Of a stretch of DNA of 64,000 nt, positions 49,801 to 61,800 are shown in pieces (position 1 is the first letter of the stretch; each line of letters begins with the position of its first letter). The DNA comes from Bugula neritina (lineage: Eukaryota > Animalia > Bryozoa). The stretch lies in assembly GCA_964035545.1 (NCBI GenBank), contig OZ037771.1, positions 1,003,628 to 1,067,627 on the forward strand, given 5' to 3'. The position numbers and the translations under genes are program-made. The notes beneath the pieces were generated by a model. The model was not told the origin of the DNA. It did not search any database and was given only the letters and a program-made list of their open reading frames with translations.

Positions 49801-52800
49801 TTTATTGAGTGATCTCCTGTTTGTTTCGTATGTGGAATAACTTTTAATTCTTATATTACTTTTATTTTATAGCCAAATACAACAAGGACAAAAAATCTAA
49901 AGTAAAGAAGAAACTCAGCAGGAAAGAGCAGATGAGAGCAACTCGTCATGAAAAATCAGGTAATAGCTAGTTATATCTGTCTGTGTGTCTGTCTGTATGT
50001 CTGTCTGTCTGTCTGTCTCTATGTCTGTATGTATGTCTGTGTGTCTGTCTGTCTGTATGTATGTCTGTCTGTGTGTATGCCTGTCTGTATGTCTATCTAT
50101 ATGTCTGTCCGTATGTCTGCTCATTCTCACCTCCGTATATCTACTATATGTACTAGATATTGCTGATTCCCTTACAGGTATAGCTCCCACCTCCCTTATC
50201 ACAGAAGATGACGAAGAGGATGTGGAGCGGGAGCTGATGACCTTCACCTTGAAGCAGCTCATATATAGGTTGCATATAACTAGTCCGGTTGACCACGTCA
50301 TGGCGCTCATTGGCAAGAAGTACCCTCTGACCAGGGAGGAGTTCTACAAATGCAATCTACCCGGTATGTGTACGTCTCTGTGTCTCAGCATGTGTTTAGT
50401 ATACGTCTCTGTGTCTCAGCATGTGTTTAGTGTACGTCTCTGTGTCTCAGCATGTGTTTAGTATACGTCTCTGTGTCTCAGCATGTGTTTAGTATACGTC
50501 TCTGTGTCTCAGCATGTGTTTAGTATACGTCTCTGTGTCTCAGCATGTGTTTAGTATACGGCGCTGTGTCTCAGCATGTGTTTAGTATACGTCTCTGTGT
50601 CTCAGCACGTGTTTAGTGTACGTTGCTGTGTCTCAGCATGTGTTTAGTATACGTCTCTGTGTCTCAGCATGTGTTTAGTGTACGTTGCTGTGTCTCAGCA
50701 TGTGTTTAGTATACGTCTCTGTGTCTCAGCATGTGTTTAGTATACGTCTCTGTGTCTCAGCATGTGTTTAGTATACGCCGCTGTGTCTCAGCATGTGTTT
50801 AGTGTACGCCGCTGTGTCTCAGCATGTGTTTAGTATACGTCTCTGTGTCTCAGCATGTGTTTAGTGTACGTCGCTGTGTCTCAGCATGTGTTTAGTGTAC
50901 GTCTCTGTGTCTCAGCACGTGTTTAGTGTACGTTGCTGTGTCTCAGCATGTGTTTAGTATACGTCTCTGTGTCTCAGCATGTGTTTAGTGTACGTTGCTG
51001 TGTCTCAGCATGTGTTTAGTATACGTCTCTGTGTCTCAGCACGTGTTTAGTGTACGTCGCTGTGTCTCAGCATGTGTTTAGTGTACGTCTCTCAACACGT
51101 GTTTACACTTCTTATTTCTGCATTTCACAGCTTATTGCCGTTTATAGAGCTCTATATATGTCCCAATGCTTTAAATTTTGCACACCACATTCTAAATTAT
51201 ATATTTGTTATCTAACTTGTACATTTTAAGCTCTATATTATAAACACTATATTCTGCAATATACTCTATATATTATATGTTCTATATTCTACAGTATACA
51301 CTATATACTGTATGCTCTATATTCTACAATCTACGCTATATACTGTAGGGGAATTCGACGAGGCGCTGGCAGGAACGAGAATGAAGTTACCCACCCCAGA
51401 AACATGGGAAACTCAGATTTCTCTCCGAGGAAATAAAGCAGACGTGTGGGAGTCTCTGATTGGTTAGTATGACTTTGTTATGTGATTGGTCAAATAAACC
51501 TTTATATTTCAGTTGTAAGGTTTTATTAAAAAGGCATAGCTTTCTTTTCCTAGTAACTCAAAGTGATTGTAATATATTACGTTACGTTACCTCACAGTGG
51601 TAGTCAATGTCCTGCACACTATAAATGAATGGCGTTATGTTACTAGTTACCAGTTTTCACATATATGATGCAATTAAGAGTTTTGTTACCCGTATTAAGA
51701 CTCAAATCTCTGGGAAAATACAATAAACATGCGAAGTGTGATAGTGAATACTAGTACTAAGTGTCATAGTGAATACTAGTACTGAGTGTCATAGTGTATA
51801 CTAGTACTGAGTGTGATACTGAATACTAGTACTGAGTGTCATAGTGTATACTAGTACTGAGTGTCATAGTGAATACTAGTACTGAGTGTGATACTGAATA
51901 CTAGCACTAAGTGTCATAGTGAATACTAGTACTGAGTGTCATAGTGAATACTAGTACTGAGTGTCATAGTGAATACTAGTACTGAGTGTCATAGTGTATA
52001 CTAGTAGCTACTGAGTGTCACAGTGAATACTAGTACTGAGTGTCACAGTGAATACTAGTACTGAGTGTCACAATGAATACTAGTACTGAGTGTCATAGTG
52101 AATACTAGTACTGAGTGTCATACTGAATGCTGACTACAGATCATAAGAAGCTGCCGTTCATGGCCATGCTCAGGAACATCCGGAATATGCTGAAAGCCGG
52201 CATCTCGGAGAAGCACCACCAGTGGGTTATCTCGAAGCTGACGGATGAGGGAGCTGTCGCCAACAGCAAGCAGTTCCCCTTCAGGTTCTTCTCGGCTTTT
52301 GCTGTGCTGGCTGAGATGGAAGAAGATTACAATAAACATCGTAAGTCTGGGGCTCATTTTGCTTCAGTTGTTTCATTGGCTGACAGACCAATGAGTGATG
52401 GGCTAAACTTGAACCTTTAGTTTATAGTGGAATCTTCTAGAATTGGTCAGTTAGTTGATGGCAGCTTGTCTGACTTGTTACTATCTCTATATCTGTTCCC
52501 TGTCATTCACTGGTGAGACAAACAAATAGACAGACAGACTGTGTGACGGCTACTTGGAGTTGCTGTCTCTTTTAATGCTTTCTGTAAAATCATAATTGGC
52601 TGACACTGTTTCAGTTTATTTTCAAGTATAACCAAGTTTGGTTTATTTTTCAGTATAGTGCGCCAGTTTCCACATCAAGTAGCCATAATAATGCCGCTCT
52701 ATGAGTTTGTGGTCTGATGGTTCATTGAGTCCGCTGTGCCATCACTCTCATTAGCTACACCTTCTGTTGTATGTCAGCACTCTCATTAGCTACACCTTCT

Positions 52801-55800
52801 GTTGTATGTCAGCACTCTCATTAGCTACACTTTCTGTTGTATGCAGAGACAAGACTGATTGAGTTGGCAGAAACTCTGGAGAAAGCTGAGAGTCCGGATG
52901 AGTCGAGGAGTTTAGCGAATGGTGTGAAAAGGAAGAAGAAGATGAAAGAGAGAAGGCACGACCAGAAGATGAATAACATGAGGAAACAACTCAAACAGTG
53001 AGTGTTTAGTGCTCTACAGGGTCACGTGAGGGTATAGAGGGTACTCTACAGGGTCACGTGAGGATATAGAGGGTACTCTACAGGGTCACGTGAGGATATA
53101 GAGGGTACTCTACAGGGTTACGTGAGGGTATAGAGGGTACTCTACAGGGTCGCATGAGGGTATAGACTGTAGAGAGTTGGTTCTATCTGTTAGTTGACAT
53201 ATATTTCTCTGCACAGGGACCTCCGGTATGATCCCGGTCTACTCAAGAGATACAGAAAGGCGCTGGATACTTCAGTAGAGCTGGCAGCCAACTACAATGT
53301 ACCTCCCATATCTGGAGGGACGCTGATTCTGTGCAATGTTGGCTCCTCTATGTTTTCTCCCTGCAGCACGTACAGAGGGATGGGGAAGCCTCGTGAGGTA
53401 TGTCAAACTCTCTACACGTACAGATAGTTACAGTGTACTTACTCTGTACAGATAGTTACAGTGTACTTACTCTGTACAGATAGTTGAGGCGTACTTACTT
53501 TGTACAGATAGTTGAGGCGTACTTACTCTGTACAGATAGTTACAGTGTACTTACTCTGTACAGATAGTTGAGGCGTACTTACTTTGTACAGATAGTTGAG
53601 GTGTACTTACTCTGTACAGATAGTTGAGGTGTACTTACTCTGTACAGATAGTTGAGGTGTACTTACTCTGTACAGATAGTTGAGGTGTACTTACTCTGTA
53701 CAGATAGTTGAGGTGGGTATACTCCTCGGGCTAATGTGCAAGCACGCGTGTGAGTCTAGTGAGCTGATGCTGTACGGCGGACTGCAGGAGTGCAGATCAG
53801 TGGAGCTGGACAAGTGCGGCATTCTCACCAACACGTCCAGACTGATGGAGGAGGTGTCAGTCAACCGTCACGAGTCTGCAGACACGCCCCTTCCTGCTCA
53901 ACTGCTCAGGGAGTTTCTTCTGGGACGGAGACACGTAAAGTTCTTACTTTGTTCTCCTAATATACAGTAATGTTTGTAATGATAGCTGTAACCACTCCTA
54001 GTTGAGAGAACTCACTAGTTGAGAGAACTCACTAGTTGAGAGAACTCACTAGTTGAGAGAACTCACTAGTTGAGAGAACTCACTAGTTGAGAAGTACATA
54101 GGTGTAGCTCAGAACTTACTAGTGTAACTGTTGATTAACTGAGAAGTAAGAGTAACTGTTGACTAGCTGAGAAGTAAGAGTAACTGTGGACTAGCTGAGA
54201 AGTAAGACTAACTGTATAAGTAACACACAGGTCAGACGGTGCTGCAGATGTACACTGATTTGTGTTGTTACAGTTTGACAGCATCATCATTCTGTCTAAC
54301 CAAATGAGGTACGCACAAGCTGATAGTCTAGAGGTTGAGCAGTTCCTTCAGGCATACAGACATCATGTGAACCCTCGAGTTCTATTCGTATCCATAGACC
54401 TCTCCGCTCACAAGACTGGGTAATATGACATGTGCCAGTTTAGTGCTATATCATCTTCTCTCTTGTTTCAGTATTTGCTTATCATATATTCCAGCTGCAG
54501 ATATAGCCATCATGTAGTAGTATAGTAACTGTAGTAGAACAGTGCAATTACTAGCAGTACTAATACTAGCAGCACTAATACTAGTAGTACTAATACTAGT
54601 AGTACTAATACTAGCAGTACTAATACTAGCAGTACTAATACTAGCAGCACTAATACTAGTAGTACTAATACTAGCAGTACTAATATTAGCAGCACTAATA
54701 CTAGTAGTACTAATACTAGTAGTACTAATACTAGTAGTACTAATACTAGTAGTGCTAATACTAGCAGTGCTAATACTAGTAGTACTAATACTAGTAGTGC
54801 TAATACTAGCAGTGCTAATACTAGCAGTGCTATTAGCAGGCAATACTATTCCTATTGGTTGATGAATGACCTGGTGGTGTCTGTTGTAGTCTGGATTCTT
54901 CTGTCACACCTTCACACCCCAATAATGTGTTCTTAGCTGGCTTCAGTGACCAGCTACTCAGGTGAGTTTCCTACACTGTATTGTGTAATGTGTTATCATG
55001 TGTAATATAATATATTATAGTATGTAATGTATAATATGTTATACTGTCTAACATGTTATTAAATTATATACTGTATTATACTATATATTGACACATAAAG
55101 GGTATAGAGTTGACACATAAAGGGTATAGAGTTGACACATAAAGGGTATAGAGTTGACACATTTATGGTATAGAGTTGACACATTTATGGTATAGAGTTG
55201 ACACATAAATAGTATAGAGTTGACACATAAAGGGTATGGAGTTGACACATAAAGGGTATGGAGTTGACACATAAAAGGTGTAAGGTTGTTATTGGTGGAT
55301 AAATCATTTTGCAGATTTGTTGCTGAACGAGGTGACAGTGGTCAGATGACGTACATTGATAACATCGACATTAAATACAACCTCAAAGTCACAGATTCCA
55401 AGTCTCACTCCAACAGTCAAAACTTCTTAAAGCAAAGCAAATCTGCTTCTTTTATGCCACAGATTTCACCCCTGAAAACACCAACGTTAGTATTTGCTTT
55501 GACAATTGTTATTGATTGTATCTGAGCAATTTGTTTGATCAGTTTAACCTATAATAGAACTTATGTTTCCTACTGCCGTCTGCTGAGCTGAAATCTATTT
55601 CCTGTTACAGATGGCGAGTCGCCCGTGTCTTCATCTCCTCCACTTTCCTCGACATGCACGGCGAGAGAGACATTCTCACAAGATTTGTCTTCCCTGAGAT
55701 AAGACAGTGGGCCGAGAAGAGGCTAGTCCATGTTCTGGATGTGGACTTGAGATGGGGGGTCTCTCAGCACGCCACCAAAGAGAGTGGGTGAGTGGACCCT

Positions 55801-58800
55801 GTCACCTCTCTCACACTAAACTCAGCTGGAGTCGTAAATGCAGCTGATTTCTTTCTTTCTGTTGGGTTATTTATTGTTTTTATAGGTTTACCTTTTGATG
55901 GTAGGTTTTCTGTCATTGGCTGGTTCTTAGTTCTGCTGTTATTGGCTGTAGGTCACTGGCGCTGTGTCTGAACGAGGTGCTGAATTGTGATTTCTTTATT
56001 GGCATCGTGGGTCAGAGGTCAGGGTGGAAACCGGATGTCTCTGAGATTCCGGAGAGAGAGGAGTTTGACTGTCTAAGAAATTTGCCTCCGTCTCAGTCGG
56101 CCACGTCTCTGGAGATGCATCTGGCGCTGCTGACCAAGTCAGCCGCCCACTGCTTCTTCTTCATACGCAGTGATGCCTTCCTCAGGGGGGGCTCTGTACC
56201 CGCCCGACACCTGCCAGTATTTGTGGATGTCGACTCTCAGCTCAAGCAGTTGAAGGAAGCTATCTGCGTGTCAGGGGCCGAGGTGTTTGAGAAGTGAGTT
56301 TTTATCTTGTCTTTCACATTTCCCGTGATGTGTGTTGAATGTGTGAATATTGCTATGACTCTGTACAGACTACACTACTGACTCATTTACTGTTGTGTTG
56401 GACAGCTATCCCGCAGAGTGGGCAGGTGTGGTAGATGATAAGCCAATGGTAGGGGGTCTGGAGAAGTTTGCACTGAGAGCAATGGAGATGCTGAAGACGG
56501 CCATAACCAACACCTATCCTTTGGAGGTAATTCAACTCTTGTCTAGTTGTTGAGTCATTTACTTAAGGGTAATTTTAAGGGTAGTCCCAAGGGTAATCCT
56601 AAGGGTAATCCTGAGGATAATTCTAAGGGTAATCCTAATAAGAGTAGTCCTAAATACACAAATTTGGTTTATTGGTATACAGTAAGTTTGATGAAATTAG
56701 ACACATTTTTTGCTATTTGCTATAAAAATAATGTGTTATTAAATCAGCTCCTTCAAACAGTTGGCCAACTGTACGCTCTTCTCTTTTGAAACTCAGCCTT
56801 GTACTGAAACCTAGTTTTTCTTAGTTTCTCCATCATAACCTGCTGCCTCTACTGCCTATTGTATAAAAATCTCACGCTACGAATATTTATTTATTTTGAT
56901 AGACTCTTATTTTGTTGAGATTACTGACAATTCACTGCCAACTACATGAATATTTTGTGGAGACGTGTGGCAGGTCACCTTAACTTCCAACTACATCTAA
57001 GCATAGTTGTTATTTATCCCAGGAAGTATACAGAGACGAGTTAGAAGAGATCACTGAGTGGCAGGATTATCTGATACAGTCTGGCTGTGAGAGGTTCATA
57101 GGGAGGTCTGGCACCATCAAAGAGTTTCACAGAACGTATAACCAGTTCGTGTCGGGGGTGTGTCTACTGCACGGTGAAGGGGGCGTCGGAAAAACAACTT
57201 TCATGGTACATAGTGTTTTTCAACTATACTGCACGCTTTTAACTACAGTGCTGTAGTTTCACTGCACACACTACAGTACTGTAGTCTTACTGTACACACC
57301 ACAGTATTGTAATCTTACTGTACACACCACAGTACTGTAGTCCTACAGTACACACCACAGTACTGTAGTTATGCTGATATATTACAGTGCCGTCTCGCCC
57401 ATGAAATGCTACAGCAAGCTGACGAACCCTTCTTCCGCCATATTGTCTGCACAGGATATTCTGACATAAAGACTATACTCCGTCGTCTCTGCCATCAGAT
57501 CAGCAAGGAGTTCAGCTTGCCTTATGACCCTGTCTACGACTACTAGTATGTAGCTTTCACCACCTGCTACTACCTGCTACTACCTGCTGTAACCTGCTAT
57601 AACCTACTACCTGCTGTAACCTGCTGTAACCTGCTACTGCCTGATATAACCTGCTACAACCTAGTTACTAGTATGTAGCTTTCACCACCTGCTACTACCT
57701 GCTACAACCTAGTACCTGCTACTACCTGCTGTAACCTGATATAACCTGCTACTACCTGCTACTACCTGCTACTACCTACTACTACCTGCTATAACCTAGT
57801 ACCTGCTGTAACCTGCATGTTATCTCTTCATGGCCATCTGCTTTTGCTTTGCTAATCACTGTAATAATCTTCACACACATATGTTATGTTGCAGTGAATT
57901 AGTGGAGGCTCTTGTTGATTTACTTGGGAAAGTTGGGGCGGTTATGAACAAGCCCTTTGTCATAATAATAGATGGCCTTGATTACTTGAGCTCAGAGAAC
58001 AACCCTATCTCCTGTAGCTGGATACCAGATTCTATTCCAAAGGTACATGTGACTAGTAGCTCTATACAGTGTGCTGTAGTGAAGCATGTAAAGCTACACT
58101 TATTGTAGTGAAACATGTAAAGTGTGATAATACTTCCTGTTTTATAACAGAACGTCGTCTTTCTCCTCACCTGCACCACTGGATCCGACTGGCACAGAGT
58201 AATAAGCAGACGTAAAGATGTCTCCCAGTTGGAGCTCAAGTGTCTAGAGGTCTATGATAAGGCGGTATTAGTCAAAGCTCATCTGGCCAAACACGGCAAG
58301 GCCCTAGACAGCTCACCATTCAACAACCAGGTGCAGTACAGCTTCTCACTTGTATTCTACATGGGGTTGTGCTCTCTGGATCCCGTATTCTCTTTTCTCT
58401 TGTTTCCTTTTATCGGTTCTCACTTAATTCTTTGCTGTTTCATTCTGTAATCTGATTTTGTGAGTAAAACTTATTTTCGAAGAGATCAAAGTCTAACTAA
58501 GCAACATCTCAAGCTCGTCAAAACATGTTTTAGATGAAGCTCCTAACTGGAAAGAGGGACGCCAATAACCCCCTCTATTTAATGCTGGCCTGTGAACAAC
58601 TCAGGTATCATGGAGTGTTTGAAAAGGTCAGTCTGTATTAATGTGATGCATGAGAAAGTAACCCCAGTCTCTTTGTTCTGATGCTAACTCGTGCTGACTA
58701 ACAGCGCCATCTGTTCAACTCTATCCATCTCTCCAGGTGAATGAAAAGATCAAAGCCATACCTCAAACTCTGCCCAAACTTCTCGAGTACATCTTCACGT

Positions 58801-61800
58801 CTCTAGAGGTTGATTTTGGTGCCCCACTGATCTCTAGGCTCGCAAGTCTTCTCTACTGCTTGCCATCTGGTGAGTAGCAATCAAAATCAAGGTTGTCGTG
58901 GTGATCTCACTTCCTGTCTGTTTTACCCGTCTACCACCTGATATGGCGTGTCTAGCAACAAAAATGATTCATTACATCTCTTGTTGTGACAGGACAGTGA
59001 CTTCTTTTGTGTCATGTGATGTTTCTGGTCTTATAATGTTATTCTTTAGTACTTGTGGTGAGAGTAACTCTCATACCTATTCAGAACTCAACAATAAGTG
59101 CCTACTGTAATTAGTCATGGCTATTAATGCCAGAGAGACACTGGTGCTGACCAGTTGTACTGGTGGAGCTGGGTGGCTGCTTTGTATTGTTTCATTTGCA
59201 TATTATGCAGGAGCCACTATCTCCGATATGAAGTACATGCTTTCCGTCTATCAAAACTCCTCTCCCGATATCGGAGTATTCCGCATGGCAATGCAAATGG
59301 CCGATACATCTGCTGATGAAATCATTCCGTCTCTCATCTTTACTCAAATCTTGCATCGGCTTGCTGCTCTGTTACAGGACTACAGCAACAATTGGTGAGT
59401 TGATGGGTGGAGACAGTTGGTAGGTCTGTATACTGAGGTAGTTGGTAGGTCTGTATACTGAGACAGTTGGTAGGTCTGTATACTGAGACAGTTGGTAGGT
59501 CTGGATACTGAGACAGTTGGTAGGTCTGTATACTGAGACAGTTGGTAGGTCTGTATACTGAGACAGTTGGTAGGTCTGGATACTGAGACAGTTGGTAGGT
59601 CTGTATACTGAGACAGTTGGTAGGTCTGTATACTGAGACAGTTGGTAGGTCTGTATACTGAGACAGTTGGTAGGTCTGGATACTGAGACAGTTGGTAGGT
59701 CTGTATACTGAGGTAGTTGGTAGGTCTGTATACTGAGGTAGTTGGTAGGTCTGTATACTGAGACAGTTGGTAGGTCTGTATACTGAGGTAGTTGGTAGGT
59801 CTGTATACTGAGACAGTTGGTAGGTCTGTATACTGAGACAGTTGGTAGGTCTGGATACTGAGACAGTTGGTAGGTCTGTATACTGAGACAGTTGGTAGGT
59901 CTGTATACTGAGACAGTTGGTAGGTCTGTATACTGAAACAGTTGGTAGGTCTGTATACTGAGACAGTTGGTAGGTCTGTATACTGAAACAGTTGGTAGGT
60001 CTGTATACTGAGACAGTTGGTAGGTCTGTATACTGAGGTAGTTGGTAGGTCTGTATACTGAGACAGTTGGTAGGTCTGTATACTGAGGTAGTTGGTAGGT
60101 CTGTATACTGAGACAGTTGGTAGGTCTGTATACTGAGGTAGTTGGTAGGTCTGTATACTGAGGTAGTTGGTAGGTCTGTATACTGAGACAGTTGGTAGGT
60201 CTGTATACTGAGACAGTTGGTAGGTCTGTATACTGAGACAGTTGGTAGGTCTGTATACTGAGACAGTTGGTAGGTCTGTATACTGAAACAGTTGGTAGGT
60301 CTGTATACTGAGACAGTTGGTAGGTCTGGATACTGAGACAGTTGGTAGGTCTGTATACTGAGACAGTTGGTAGGTCTGTATACTGAGACAGTTGGTAGGT
60401 CTGGATACTGAGACAGTTGGTAGGTCTGTATACTGAGGTAGTTGGTAGGTCTGTATACTGAGACAGTTGGTAGGTCTGTATACTGAGACAGTTGGTAGGT
60501 CTGTATACTGAGACAGTTGGTAGGTCTGGATACTGAGACAGTTGGTAGGTCTGTATACTGAGACAGTTGGTAGGTCTGTATACTGAGACAGTTGGTAGGT
60601 CTGTATACTGAGACAGTTGGTAGGTCTGTATACTGAGACAGTTGGTAGGTCTGTATACTGAAACAGTTGGTAGGTCTGTATACTGAGACAGTTGGTAGGT
60701 CTGTATACTGAGGTAGTTGGTAGGTCTGTATACTGAGACAGTTGGCAGGTCTGTATACTGAGACAGTTGGCAGGTCTGTATACTGAGACAGTTGATGTAA
60801 AAGAAATCTTTGAACTGAAGTTGTCTTTCTCTGCCAGTGTTTACTAGGATAAAGTCTCGTTACAGGATGTTTGAATACGGTTTTGTGCTGAGAAAGATTG
60901 GGATGTTTTAACTATATTATTTTATGGCCCAATAATTGTTTCATCGGATTTAAATAAATTGATATTTTAGTATCGTGAGACTGAACTACGACTCAGCGAA
61001 GGCGGCCATTAGAAAGAGGTACATGAAAACATCAGAGACTGAGGTGCAGACAAACACAGTCATTGCTAGCTTTTACTTCTGTATGATTCGCAGCTTTTCA
61101 CCTGAACCAAGATTCATTCGATATTACAAGGATATCATATATCATATGGTAATGTAGCCATTATATATATGATATATATCATATATCATATATATATCAT
61201 ATTGTCTAAAGTATTACATCATACCCTCTATGATATACTCTCTCATGTTATACTCTCTCAGGATGTACTCTCTATGATATACTCCCTCATGTATTAACTC
61301 ATTACTTCTATTCTCTTATGAAGAAATGTGGTGCTCAGTTCGATGCAGTCAAAGAGATGCTGAGTAACCTGAGTTTCCTACATTGTAAGTGTAGTTTGGG
61401 GCTGGTCACCAGCCTCAACACTGACTTTAATGAAGATTTGACTGGGAAACACGGCTACACTGCTGAAAAGAAATGGACGGAGACTAAAAGCAGTGTGGAG
61501 GTGTTTGCCAAGTTTGTGTATAAAAACACACATCTGCTGCTGAGGTGAGTTGGCAGCTCAAAGTGACCTCTGAGCCAGCTGTATCTCTTGTATTCCCAGG
61601 GTACTGTTGTAGTTGTCCTCTCTATTCTCTGATTCAATTCTGTTCGGCAGTGATTGCTGTTTGTTACATGTCAACAATACACATGTTGTGTGACCTGCAT
61701 TGACCCCTCCGTGTATGTCACACAACTCTCATATGAGTTAGAAAATAAAAGTATTATTTCTTGAGATTTTCATATATTTTTAATGCTAACCTGTGAAGGT

